From: Pavona decussata
Lineage: Eukaryota
Assembly: GCA_977016875.1 (NCBI GenBank)
Contig: CDRNST010000282.1
Span: 372,001 to 436,000 of the forward strand
Reading direction: 5' to 3'
DNA length: 64,000 nucleotides
Under the pieces are notes generated by a model. That model searched no databases. It was not told the origin of the DNA and worked only from the letters and a program-made list of their open reading frames with translations. How positions within the stretch are numbered: position 1 is the stretch's first letter; each line of letters opens with the position of its first letter. Made by a program: the position numbers and the translations under genes. Positions 1 through 14,100 of this stretch are shown here, one piece after another.

Positions 1-106
1 TGAATCTACCGAGTGGAGTTCGAATCACTTATCATCTCGCACCGCGCTACACTGTAATTGTTTAAGATTTGAGTAGCAAGCAACCTCTAGAATCTTTACA
101 ATTACA
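1..106 (+). mobile_element. 3' end of the same LTR in copy A
   Basis: Matches 21288-21393; ends in CA followed by TSD CTTGT. Confidence 0.7.
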
Positions 107-1843
107 CTTGTATTTAGTAATGGGTAACGGCACGCCCAGTCGGCTACTTATTTTACCTTTGACATCAAGCCATCATCATTTTACAACAGAAAGCATTATA
201 CTAAGTGCTTTTTCAATGTACCACAAAGCTACATTTTCCGCTGCGAGACACAACAACACATACAAATGACCGAATTACATTATTACACCTTTCTTTTTTA
301 TATTAGTGCACGTAATGACATGCTATGTTCCCCTGTTGTAACTTCTTTTCTGTATAAAATACTACAATGAAAGAACATTAGTACTAGTTAATTAAAAGCA
401 GCCAACTAAACCTGTTTATACCTGTAACCTCGAGCCGTATGTTGTAGGCCCATTTCCCTTCACTCAATATCTCGCACTGAAAAGTAGTATTTTCTCTTTC
501 TGTCACAGTTTTTATTGTCAAAGTGGCAAATTCATCGGTGCTGTTGATGCTGAACCGGTCTCTGTAGTTATTCCGGTCGTATATTTCGACGTCTTCGTTG
601 AACAGTACATCGCCGATAATATTTGGCTGTTTGACACCATAATAAATACGGAACACGGTAACCCGGATGCTTTGTCCATCCAACAAATTGTAATTCCATC
701 TCAAATGAACATTTTTACTTCCATTAAGTACTCTCATGACAGCGGTTTGAATGTTATTTGTATCCGTTTGGTTCCAAGCGGGAGGAGGGCCAGTCTACAT
801 AAATATGGCATCTGTAAGAAAATGTTTATTTGTTAGCTATCAAGTAATCTCACTTAACAGTCCTCTGATTTCCATTAGCAGATTGTCTGTGTCATGAGGA
901 GCGTCTGGCAAATATGGGGGGTCTGAGAGAATCTGGTGGCTTTGGCTTGGGATTTTAGGTGATTCTTTTTTATTTAATGGAACAGGGTACACGTGTATAA
1001 ATTGTTTTCTAAAAAGCATCAATCCAACAACCATATTTTTACAGCAGTCATTGAAAGCGTGACCACTTTTTTGATCTGAACTGAGAAAAAAAAGAAATAA
1101 GGAACAAAACTGGCAGTTTAAGGTGTTTCATTTTTACACGTATAATGGCTGTCATGTGTGCTGGCTTGCCTGAGCTCGGTTTACTGGGCAAAAAAAATCT
1201 AGACTACCAGGATTGGACAAAGCACAGGCTCAGGCTTTTTTTTCAAAATAATTATGCAGTTTCAATTATCAGTGATAGGTACATAATCTAGTCCAATAAA
1301 GGTGAAGGCACAGAAAACGAAACACTAGGGTATGATGCATTAAAGGAAAGTGGCTGGCCTTGGGAAGGAGACGGATGAACAAAAGCAGGTCTTAATCAGC
1401 AGCTGAAACGAGACGAGTGACTACTGTATGATCATATTGATCACATGACTGATGCAAGCACCTAAAGGGGGGGGGGGGGGGGTTACCTTATCTAAAGTAC
1501 TTCATCCCCAAGACTCAGGAACACTGGGACCAATTGATTGCTAAAAAGAGCGGGAAAGGCATTAAAGTCTTTTTGCCGGGAAATATTTTATTTTTCTTCT
1601 CACTGTATTGCATGATGTGCACGAAAACCGGAAGTTACTCATTACTTGGAGCAGGACAGAAAATCGTTTTCGTTGCGTAAAACCGTGCTGTTATTATTGA
1701 TCGATTAACGTCTTCGAAAAAGTTTTAGTGTGGATATTCTTAGCATGAACTGCAGAATTATGAGGCCTTTTTCTTTTCTTTTTCCGATACCGATATTTTT
1801 AATCACCTTTCTGTATTTGTTGTTTGTTTTTCTACTAATAAAG

Positions 1844-1863
1844 TATTATTATTATTATTATTA

Positions 1864-1897
<34 letters not shown>
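1844..1897. repeat. (TAT)n microsatellite
   Basis: Direct reading. Confidence 0.95.
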
Positions 1898-1898
<1 letters not shown>

Positions 1899-2200
1899 TT
1901 TTACTCCCCAACCTTGTCAAAACAGCAAGGGCTAAAAAGCAAAATGCATGTATTTATTGAATAATGGTATGCTTTACTAGTGGTTTTATTGCCGTCCGTA
2001 CAAAGGCTACAGATTTGGTGGACCGCCAAAAAATATACAGCTATTGGAGTACGCAGAGAGCAAATACCACTTTCAGATATTGTATCTTCTCACGGCGCTC
2101 TTTTTGACACAGCTGATGCCGTTTACGGGGGCGAATACTTTATACTAGCGCGGTCAATGATTTCAGCTTCTCATCCCACAGGCAGCCCAAGCTCGCGTCA

Positions 2201-2455
2201 CTAGAGAGCGTGTAATAATTAATTCAGTAGTGGGCATGATGACCTTTGAGTGCAAGCAGCCATTGAGAATTTTTGTAAACGCATTATAAGACTTTGTATG
2301 GGAAATAAAATACTGTCGATTATGAAAGTTAAAAAACGCTAAATTTAAGTTTCATTCAATAAAACGAATAAAACTGCCAAGTTCGCGGCGTCACTATACC
2401 GCTTCCACTCAAAGGTCATCGTCTCACTGGTTATTAATTATCACACGCTCTCTAG
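2201..2455. mobile_element. MITE with long TIRs ((C)TAGAGAGCGTG...; Academ-like TAG termini)
   Basis: ctagagagcgtgtaataattaa ... ttaattatcacacgctctctag, with internal inverted gatgacctttgagtg/cactcaaaggtcatc. Absent from copy B. Confidence 0.75.
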
Positions 2456-2762
2456 TGAACTTCACAAATAGCGACATGTCGGCACCGCTGAAAAGAAAAC
2501 GTTTTACAAGCAATGAGCAAACTTTAGTCAGTGAAATGGTAACAAGGAAGTTGTGGCTAAAAATACCTGCTGACGAGACGAAAGACTTCTTATTATACTC
2601 TTATGATAGACTGATCACTAAGCACATGGAAATAGGATTTAACGCTGGTCGGTTGCGCGATTTCACGAAGCGTGATCTACCGAGTGCAAACATTTGGAGA
2701 AAGACGTATGTTAGTGGCCTACACATCGGCGGCCGACAGGGACGGACACGTCGTACGGTATT

Positions 2763-3425
<663 letters not shown>

Positions 3426-4440
3426 ATTGATTTCCCGCTGGCATAAAAGCGATTCTCGTGCGTTTGTGTGACCGAGAACTTAAATTTGCGATATTTTATG
3501 ATCTAGAATATTTTGTTGTAAGCCTCGCGTTCATCTGAATGCGGCGAAACGTTACATGAAAATTGATTACAAGTTGACTAAATTCAATCACGCGCATTTC
3601 GCATTTAATTTCGTGGAAACACCGGTTGTTGTTTTAATCTCCGGAAAACGAAACCACAGTTTTCAAGGAAACAACGTATACTCTTAGCCCTATTTCAGCA
3701 AATTTAAATTGCGGTTTGGTATTTTAAGATACCGTACATCCTTCAGGAAGGAATTATAATCGAAACAGGAAAATGTTGCCCTTTCGTTTTACCAATTGGA
3801 GGTGCGCAAGTTTTGATGGCCATTTTTTTTGTCGCCAATGTGTTCTATTTATTTAACACTAGCTATTTAGAAATTCAGCGTTCCATTTTGGCTGCTTTCG
3901 TTTTTTCCTTGCAACTTTCAAAGCATTTTAACTCGGAATATGTGGGAATCAAACAATGGGCAGGTATGAAATGAAACTAAGTGAACGAAAGGCGAAACAA
4001 AGTAGAAAAGTCTTGGGAAACAATTCCGGAAAAAATATTTACAGAAAAGTGAATAACTACTCGCTTCCATCGTAGCGGCCAGGGCAGGCCAACTCAAAGC
4101 GGGAAGGTGTTAAAAGTTTAAAGTTTTATATGCAATGCAGTTCTTATAAATTATGACAAATATTTGGAGAAAGATAAACTTTGTATACGAATTATATTCT
4201 CGGATAACAAGCTGGTCATCATGTTTTCAATTTGAGGAACACGTTGCTTCTAAAAGTTAAAGTTGTTGTTCAAAGCTGCCCATAGATAAAGATGAGGCCG
4301 TTAACATCCTAGAACTTTTGTACTGATTTATGTTTCTCCATAAGGTCAATTTTCTCTAGATCGGTTTTCATTTGACTGTAGTAAAACCAAAACAAAAGTA
4401 GTTACGCTGGTCGATCACAACAGACGCAAATAGTTCAATG

Positions 4441-4511
<71 letters not shown>

Positions 4512-4512
4512 A
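4441..4512. repeat. (TAAA)n microsatellite
   Basis: Direct reading, about 18 units. Confidence 0.95.
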
Positions 4513-5815
4513 TGTAGCAGGCGCCAGGCGTGGGAAAATACGTTCGATAAAGACGCGATTGGTTTGCAGTTTGCCTCCCTCTGGCGAACAAAATGCCGCG
4601 AGTTTTGCTTACCAATCACAAAGCGCAGTAAAATAAAACCACAGCAAATTCGATACTACTTTGGACGCTCAATTGAATACCACTCAGGTAATGTAGGAAG
4701 TAAGACAAATGAGATTATGGGCATTCAAGGAGTGTAAATTTGGTCATAACACTGATTCAGATTGATCCTTGTACAACGGTCTTGAATTTAAAAAGCAGAA
4801 TTTCCAGCAAAACGATTTACCCCAAACACGTTCAAAGTCGAATTACGATAAAAATTTTTTACTTTGCGCCATGTTTGCTCTGATTACCCATAATTTTTTT
4901 TTATCAAGCGCAAAGTGTTCTGCTATGATTGAGCAAAGTAAGAGCCTCTTTAGCGTCTCAAATTAAAAGACGTTGGTCTCACAATTGAACTGTCTGTTTC
5001 GAATCATTTGGGATAAAACTCTTGAACACGGCATGCCTGCCTCTTCCACTTTCAAGGCTTGCAAGCAAGCTCTCCAATTAGGTCCAATTAGGGTGTCAAG
5101 CGAAACAAATTTGGAGCGAAGCGAGCAATGAAAACCAGGGCAGGGGCTCCCACAATTCGCACCAATTCTTTTGGAACTCCCTTCGCTCGTCTCTCCCACT
5201 CTCGAGCCCTCAATTGAAGAGCTTGTTTTCAGGGAACTGCTTTCACTGATTATAAAGCTTTGAGTTTGTCGTTGCGTTGAGCAATTATTTCAATTTATGG
5301 AAGCTTGAGATGCTTTTGTTTGGAAGGTTTTTCATTAACTTTTTAGACAGGCTCTCTTTATAACTGTGCAAGTGTAGAAGGGTATCCACATAACATCACA
5401 GAAGTAGTAATATTTTTGAAGAGTTTGAATGCGTTACTAATTTTTACATCATTCTCCCCGTTTCAATCAAACAAATCAAGTGTTTAAGTTTGGAAATTTG
5501 GAACATTACCCCCTCCCCCCCCCCCCCCCCCAGAAAAAAAAAATCTTTAAAAGGGTTTATCCGAACTGAAAGCTGCCAGATACTTTTTCTTTGCCAAGAA
5601 TAATTTATCTTGCTACCCGAGAAATATTTCAAGGGGAATTATTGTCTATTCTTGTGTTACTTTCAATGCAGTTAATTAAGTTTAATAATCGAATTTTCAT
5701 TGCTTCCTGATTTTCTCTTTAAGGTAAAGATTATGTGTTTGGGGGAGGTGGAGGAATCTTGTGCGCTTTGGTCAGTTTCTTCTGGTTTAATTACATAAAA
5801 TTCTTCATGAAGTAA

Positions 5816-6146
5816 GGACGGTGCCTCCTAATACAGATCTTAGCAAGGGCTATTGAAACATTTAAAAAAATTGGAGTTAATCAAGGATATTTTAGAATAA
5901 TTAAGTCAAAACAATTCCAAAAATTTTTTTAAATACATAACAATGTAAAGAATTTGTCTCCAATTAAAGCTTAATTATCACTGAAACATGCTTTGTTACT
6001 CCTAATTTTCTCTATAGTCTCCAACAACCGTTTGTAAGATCTGCGTTTCCCACATAGTCATTAACCGCGCAAAAATATCTTTGCTTTAGAGGGCATTCCC
6101 GAGATGCGCGGAACATATGCGCAGTGACAAAAGGAGGCAGTGTCCC
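5816..6146. mobile_element. Degenerate MITE (GGACGGTGCCT...AGGCAGTGTCC; Kolobok-like); related fragments at ~10620-10940 and ~31550-31870
   Basis: Imperfect inverted termini in a TAA context. The internal sequence (aaccgcgcaaaaatatc, gagatgcgcggaac) recurs in RTK introns. Confidence 0.5.
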
Positions 6147-6194
6147 TAAGGGCGAAATATTTGCTTGAGGCACGACTTTTTTTCGTGGAACTAA

Positions 6195-6486
6195 AGGCCC
6201 GTTCAGTAACAGTGGAGGCATGTTGGGCAAATGTTGGATGAACGGATTGTTCAAACGGTTTCAACGCCGTTCAACATTTTCAAGAAGAAAGAAAATGTTG
6301 AATCGATGTTGAATGAAAATTCAAACCAGTTTAAATTTGATTCAACACGCTTTCAACAAGCTTTCGACATTGTTTACGCTTTCAACAATTTTGAACGATG
6401 GACCTGTTCAAACGCACACGACATTTGGCTTAACAACTGTACTGAATGTATGCTGAAGCAAATGTTGAAACCGTATAAACGGGCCT
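6195..6486. mobile_element. PIF/Harbinger-like MITE
   Basis: TAA|AGGCCCGTT...AACGGGCCT|TAA, 3-bp TAA TSD. Confidence 0.75.
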
Positions 6487-8131
6487 TAAGAGAACAGAAA
6501 TTGGTGATACTTGACTTTACGTTTACTACGTGCAAAAACGTTTTATTAATTAGTTGAGTATGTACACAGTCGTCAACTGCAACTTCATATATATTGCTTT
6601 ACGTACTGCCTCTTGATTATATAACTCTTGATTATATAACTCTGGATTTACCTACATCATAGATCACATATTTAACTCTACTATTTTAAGTCACCTTAAT
6701 AATTATGACTAAACCAGCTAAAAGGCACAGACAGCACGGAGTTCTTTAGAACATCTAATGTCATTGGACCTGTATATCACGCAGCTCTATTGTGTCAGGG
6801 TTACTGAGGGTCCATTGTTTCTTTTGTTTGTTCATTGCTCCGCTATTTTTTCTACCGCAGGAGGACAGGAGTTTTTCTCCCTCTTCTAGCCTGCAGAGCG
6901 AGTTACTTTTTTTTTTTTTCAGAAAAATAGAACGAAAGAAAACCCAAGCAACTGCATTTTTATGCTTGATAATCAAGCACATTAAAGTTTATTTAAAAGT
7001 CTGGTGATATATTTGGATTCTCTTCAGAACCATTACCAGGCAGATGATGAAAGTAGAAATGATAGGCAAAAGTATAAACCTAAAAATCGCAGCTAGTTAA
7101 GGTGTAAACATTTTGGATAACTGTTTTTGTCACAACTGGTCTAAATTGTTTGATACAAAAAGGCCTCTTTGCATAATACCAAATTCAAATACAGATCGCT
7201 ACCTTATGAAAATGCAATTGCTCGATTTATTCTGCCTTACTTTTCGCTCCGCAGACTATGTTCCTTTAACGTTCTCGTTGCTGTGTGCTACTCGTTTCTC
7301 TAAATCCTGACCTTAGTTTCAGACTTAAATTTACAATTTTCCAGTCCTCGTCTTCAGACCTAGCCTATGTAATCTACCCATTAATGGCGCGCAGTTACTC
7401 GTGATTGGTTATCCGCAATCTAAAAATAACCCAACTTGTGAAAACTGACGTGTTTCACTGACGCAATTTTTGAAGTTAGACGCTTTGGGTAATGAATTCC
7501 TAAAATAATACAAGTTACTGAAGACAGGTTAATAGTTAATCAGTTACTGATCCGTGAGATCATTAACGTTGGCGTACAGGCGATCGTCATACTGACTAAG
7601 GTTAACGTAGGTCTGTGGAAAAAACGAGATAATTTATGTTGTAATTAGCTGTTAGTTTTTTAAGTTTGTTAAAAACCTAGCAGAAAATTAAGTTAATTGA
7701 AATATCTTGGAATAAGCTATTTTAATTGTAATTCTCACGTACAGAATATATACTACTTTGCGTTCACTTTATAATTCATAAAACGTGCCAAAAAATGTTT
7801 CTGAGGGCATTAACCCAGCCCCTCAACAAAAAACTGTAAACAAAAGCTTGAAAATGTCTTTATCTGCACTGTTTTCTAACAAGTTATGTGCATGTACGGC
7901 GTTTGTAGCACTTTAAAAGACACAGTTACTCTGTTCTGACTCTGGTATGAAAGCTGAGGTCCCGGATACAAAACTCGCTTTCTGCTTGAAATACAGACCT
8001 GTGTCGATTATAGCCCTATATGCTGCCTCACTTGCGTTAGGAACTTGAGATGATGGAAAATTGGCTTTGATTGGCTAAATATCGTGAAGCTTGTAACAAA
8101 CAAAATGCGGACCCCAAAAGGCTCAGCTTAC

Positions 8132-11100
8132 CAAGTGGTTTTTCTCCATTTCTTTCATTGTCTCTGTCAATTTTTCAAACGTGGGTCGATCAGTTGGATC
8201 TTCTTCCCAACATGTCAGCATTATCTGATACCTAATCCATAATAATAATAATAATATGATTAGTAACAGCAATGTACCTAATATAGGTTGATGGCGCTAA
8301 GTATTTGGTGCCTTTATGAGCTATTGAAGGCAAATAGAATGATAGTGTTATTCTCACAAGCCTGTCATATTAAGGACAAGAATATGGCTTCGCGGTTTGT
8401 AGCAGTTATCAAAACATTAACTAATAGAACAAGGTCTTGTATCCGATAAAAAATACGACAAATCAATTACAAACTAAACTAAATTAAACCAATAAATGCA
8501 AACAAGAAACAGACAAAAACAACTTCAAAGAATTAAGTTTATACTTCAGATTTTACAATCCCACTGATCATTCGTCGTCCCCCCCCCCCCCCCCCCCCTT
8601 CCCTCGGCAGGTTTTGCTCCTTTAGGGTTTTGGAAAAGGGTCGTCATGTAAGATAGCATATTTTCTCGTGAAACAAATTCCCTTTTAAGCTATAAACATG
8701 CTTTTTTTACCTTCAGAAATGAACAAAGGGCACCATCACATTAAAATAACACCCAGTGAGATCGTTTCTTTCTTTCTTTCTTTTTTTCTTTCTTTCTACC
8801 TTTCTTTCTTTTTGTTTGTTTGTTTCTTTGTTTGTTCTTTTGTGATAGTCCATCCATTGTGATAAGCTTCCCTTGTTAGGATCAAACCGGTTGTTCTGGA
8901 ATACACCCTATGCAGGCCGCGGAGATAGAGGGAGTCCAGAGACAGGACTAATACCATAAACGTCAAATAAATAACATGAATAAAACTTACAGTCTGCTGT
9001 CGACGTGTCTTGGTTTTGGCATTCTGTATCCTTGTTCCAGCTTCCATGCAATTTGCCGAGCATTTATGTCCGGGTATGGGAATCCGCCTATAGAAAACAT
9101 GAATTCCTTATCAAAGAAAAATAGTGTAACGTAACAGTCAGAACTGAGTAATCGTATCGGAAGGTCATAGGCTCGACGCCTGTTGGAAGAACTCGGGTTT
9201 TCTTTATTCGAGTGTGCCCGTGTCCCTCACTGACTCAAAACTTCGTGTATAAAATTCCGACGACGATTCGACGCTACTCTACGTCATCATCACATCATTG
9301 GCAATTGTTGTTTCTCCTTGGAGGTGCTACCAGCCTGCTTTTTGTTACTTTTTGTATTGAAAATGACCTAAGATGTTCTCGTAATCGATGGTCACATTTT
9401 CACTCACGTTTAACTTTCTTTCTCTAACTTTAATCACTTGTTTAAGTGGTTTTGTAGCGGTTCCGTCTTTGTGTTTAACTTTAATCATCTGATCAATCGC
9501 TTGATGGCCATCAGGGGATATAACAAAAATAGCTTAGAAACAGACAACTACAAACTTACCAATGGTTAGAATCTCATACAGAAGGACACCGTAACTCCAA
9601 CTACGACACAAAGGAAAGATTTAAAACAATGAAAAATGTTCAAAGGAAGAGAATTCTTGTTCTGGTGATGACGCTTATAGTGGAAAACGTTTAAAAATTC
9701 ACTTTATAGTATGCTATGTGTTTAGTCGCTCTAGGATAATTTTTTTCATCGAATGCGGCTGTCCTTGCTGTTCTTTAGCGCCCGTCGACGTTTCGACAAC
9801 AGGTTTCGGAAAGTTCATCGGATATGACCCTGTCAACCTAGGAAGTCTTCCCTTGAGCTTGTCGAAACATCAGCCAATCGTGAGCTTTTGCAGTCGAACG
9901 GCAGAGGAAAGAGGACGGCTGAATGCCCCCTCGTGACCAACATGTTTTGCATCCTCACGCAGTCTCAAAAGTCTTCAGTAAATCGCTGACCCCTTGTTGC
10001 TTCCAACACGAAGGAATTAATAACGTGAGGAAAGCAGTTTAAACAAGAAATAGCTTCTAAAAAGGTTAGAAAATTGCTGTCAAGCTGTTGTCACACATAA
10101 GTGTGTTGGACGTGTCGCTGTGTTCTTTGCACTGCTGTGCTGTTGCTTAAACTCACCAATGTCGCAAACAAAAATCGTTTTCAGGACGACTAGTCTGAGA
10201 CTGTTAAAAATTACTTACCCTTACCTGGACAACCGACTGACATTATTCAACTTTATTTAGTTCCCAATCAGAGTACTCACACGTCACTTTGTGTTGTGTA
10301 TATTCCATACAACAAAGCCTCATACGCAGTCCACTTTACAGGCAGACGGCCCTTTCAATGGCGGAAACAAAACAAAATAAAACACACAAAAAATAAATAA
10401 TTTATCCTTCTAGGTTTGGAAATATTCTATGCTAGGAAAAGTGGGGTTTTGTTATTCATTGAAAAGGACGTGTTTTAGAAAGCAAATGATTTTTTTCAGT
10501 GGACATTACAGGAACATAAGAGAAGAAAACAAAGTGTTTAATGAAATCATGTCTGATAGATCATATTCCCTGATATAGCAAAAGTATATTTTCTGTAGCC
10601 TATGGGTAATATAACCACTGGAATACAGAAAGAAAATTGGGGGTAACGGGATATTTTTTTAGAGATAATTAAGCAATAATTATTCTAAAAAGCAGTAAAA
10701 TACAAAGCAACGTATGGCGATTTTTTTCCTAAATTGAAACTTTATTATCTCTGTTAAATGCATGGTTACCCCCAATTTTCTCTTTGGATACCAAACCACT
10801 TGCTAAGTTCTGCTTCCTCCGCATACATTTAAACCGCGCAAAAATATCCTTGTGTTAGTAGGCATCACCCATAGGAAACCTGAGTTTCTCGAGATGTGCA
10901 GAACGTATGCGTAGTAACAAAAATATGCACTGAAACCTTTCCCACCGGTCACAATTTGAAACTACACTCACTCCACTTTTTCTTGCGTAGACATCATCGT
11001 CGCGCGCTCTCCTCGCCATTCCAAAATCTGTCACCTTACACTTCTCTCCATCTCCAACAAGAACATTTCTCGCAGCCAAATCCCGATGGATAATCTGAAG

Positions 11101-14100
11101 GAAGTAATCAACGAATTTTTAGTGTGTTATTTTTATCGTTTGCGAGCACAACAAACTATAAGGTTAATTCTTTTGGGTCGATATATCATGGTCCTTCTGT
11201 ATAATTTTTCTGTTAAAAGGAAAGTTAAATTAAATTTCTTAAATTATAATTGAACTTAACTAGTTCATTGAACTCATTTGCTTTCCATATTGAGCAGCTG
11301 TCTAAAGTTATAGATACAAGTCACGGATGGAAAGAAAAAAGGAGAGACATAACATGCTTGCATGAAGGAGAAAATGTCAGAGGAATGATCCAAGTGTGAC
11401 TGTACTCCCTACGTTAATTGGCCACACACGACTAGTAACGGGGGAAATGTTCAAGTTCGTTCAATTCCCGCNNNNNNNNNNNNNNNNNNNNNNNNNNNNN
11501 NNNNNNNNNNNNNNNNNNNNNNNNNNNNNNNNNNNNNNNNNNNNNNNNNNNNNNNNNNNNNNNNNNNNNNNNNNNNNNNNNNNNNNNNNNNNNNNNNNNN
11601 NNNNNNNNNNNNNNNNNNNNNNNNNNNNNNNNNNNNNNNNNNNNNNNNNNTCAAAGCCATTTTTACAGAGATTCCCTATACAAATACACATTTGTTTGTT
11701 TGCATGCTAAGACTTTCCCAGATTTGATATTATTCTTCATGCACTTTAAAACCAATAACCAGCAAAAGTAGCTTCTCCGATATAGTTACTGTTTCAGAGC
11801 CTAATTTTAACCTGACCTTTTTTGAAGAGAGATAACTCATTCCATCGGCGACCTGCCAAGCGAACCTAACCAACTGCTGGGCAGTCAGACTGGTCTGCGG
11901 TTTTGCATTCGGGTCTTTGAAGTAAGTGTCGTTTAGTCCTCGACTCTTCCTCAAGTATCCCAACAGGTCACCAAATGGTACATACTCAATTAGGACTAAC
12001 AGGGGATCTGTGAAAAAGGACAAAAGGCGACATAAAGAGATCGTTAAGTACTTCAAATGAACNNNNNNNNNNNNNNNNNNNNNNNNNNNNNNNNNNNNNN
12101 NNNNNNNNNNNNNNNNNNNNNNNNNNNNNNNNNNNNNNNNNNNNNNNNNNNNNNNNNNNNNNNNNNNNNNNNNNNNNNNNNNNNNNNNNNNNNNNNNNNN
12201 NNNNNNNNNNNNNNGTCAATCAGATGATTCGTCCATTACCACTTTCAGTGACGCATCCTATCAGCTTGATCACGTGGGGATGAGGTTTCAGTTTTTTCAT
12301 CAACTCAAGTTCTGACAAAAGGTCCTTTCTGTCTGAGGGAGGGGCATTTCCTGAAAGAAATGGAACAACGATAATGTTATGATCTCTCTGGCTAAAAGCT
12401 TGTTCTCGGCTAAACTGATTTTGTGGAATAACCATGTTATTATGCCCTGGATTGCGATGAAATAACCAGAAAAGACATTTCTGTTTGAAGGAGAATTAAG
12501 TTTCATCAGTTATCTCAATCGACTTCTCCACTATGGGACTCAGCTGAAAGCCCATCATGGAGGTATTCAATCGTAATATGGGCTTGCTCATATCTTAGGA
12601 GTATTTATATAAAGAAACGTTATCAAGTTTAAAAGAAATTTTAAAACATCTCACTTCTGAGCATTTTTGCCGCCACCTCGGTGTACTCCTGCTCATCCCG
12701 CAAGTTCCACACTGTCGCCTTGGCAACTTTTGAGAAGGCCCCTTCACCAATGATTTTGATAATGTTCACTTGTTCTCGATTTATTTCCCAGCTTCTTGTT
12801 GAGGGATGAAGTGGCATGTAATAGCCATCTGTGGGAGCTTGATGAACCCCACTGACCTCCGACTGGACTGCGATCGAGTGTTGTCTGCTACGAGGCTGTA
12901 TGTCGTCTTCCCTTGCGTGATTATTAATTTGATTCTGGTGACAAATGGTGTGCAATCAGATTTGATTAATTAAAGGTGACCCACACAATGGTTTCTAGGT
13001 TTTCAGCACTTGATATCTCTGAACTGTTTTAAAATTTGCAAGCAGTTGCTAATCAGCCATGGTGAAGATGACCTATTGCAATACGATAGTAAAAAATGTA
13101 GGTCACCGAGCATGGTTTCAGTTAGTTATAACCAGTTAAGGCTAAATTTAGCGCTGTTCTTAATACCAGTTATTGGTTATGGTAACATATCAACTAGAAA
13201 AAAAAGACCACAGCTTGTTAATCAATGCTTCGCCATGTGTTTAAAACCATTGTTGTGGCATTTGTTGATAAAGAGTGAATTTAAAGGACCTTCAAATTAA
13301 CAACTGAAGGGAAGTGTTGTGGGAGACCTTAATAGCTTTCTTAATATAAATTGTTTTCTTTCTCTGCTAAACCAACGAAGCTCTGAAATCACATATAATC
13401 CTCAGTCTTCAGGGCGTAAACATATTCCTGGCAATATTCATGAAACAATTAGTTCATTCGCCCAATTATATATTCTTGCTGACATTTTAGAGTAGGAAAT
13501 AAAGGTCCTGTTTAAACTCGGCGATACGCTAAAGTATAAGTGTTAAAAGGCATCAGAAAAATCGCCGTGCGTCCAACCGGCCAGCATGATACAAACACAA
13601 ACATAAGCAAATGAAACGCTTCCCTTTTTCTCGTGCTTGTGGATATTAGTTACTTTAGGGGTGGTTATGAATGGTTCAACACTTACCATCGGTACAACGT
13701 CCACGCATTTTGCGGATTCGTGTCCTCTGAAACAATAAAAAAGATTAGTTTTTTTAATGTTTCGGGTTCGAATTCGATTTTGGTTAACGTTTGGAAATGA
13801 ATGGCCAACAAAATTTAATTGTAAAACTGTTTAATTTATCGTTGGGTTAACAAAAATTAACTAAAAGTATTTATACATTTTAAAAGGCTTTCGAGAGTCG
13901 GGTCGTCTATATTTAATTTTGAGTACTTTTTACCGTCCACAATCTACGCCTATAGGACCTGTTTACCCGTATCCGTTTTCTGCTTGAAAATAGAAAACCT
14001 TGTTTTGTGCTTTGCGTCAATTCACCGGTATTCGCTGAAAAAGGTCACGGAAAACTCATATGTTGAGACCTTTTCGAAAAGGATGACTTTTTGAGCTTGA

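Larger units (their letters stand above)
422..2477 (-). pseudogene. 5' part of RTK copy A (V-set exon 811-422; truncated signal exon 2477-2456); remainder lies left of the window
   Basis: The V exon has ATG TAG at 800-795 where copy B has ATG TGG. The signal exon keeps only about 22 nt (ATG TCG CTA TTT GTG AAG TTC A) and has lost its donor. Confidence 0.75.

Noticed and set aside
1730-1960. Poly-Tyr ORF (and FIYL-repeat ORFs at 4368-4619)
   Set aside because: Translations of (TAT)n and (TAAA)n microsatellites.
6012-6557. ORFs conserved with 26855-27400
   Set aside because: They lie within adjacent MITEs; conservation reflects the recent duplication.
7870-8075. Definite terminal exon of the RTK
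   Set aside because: Two candidate acceptors give frames not conserved between copies B and C; left unresolved.
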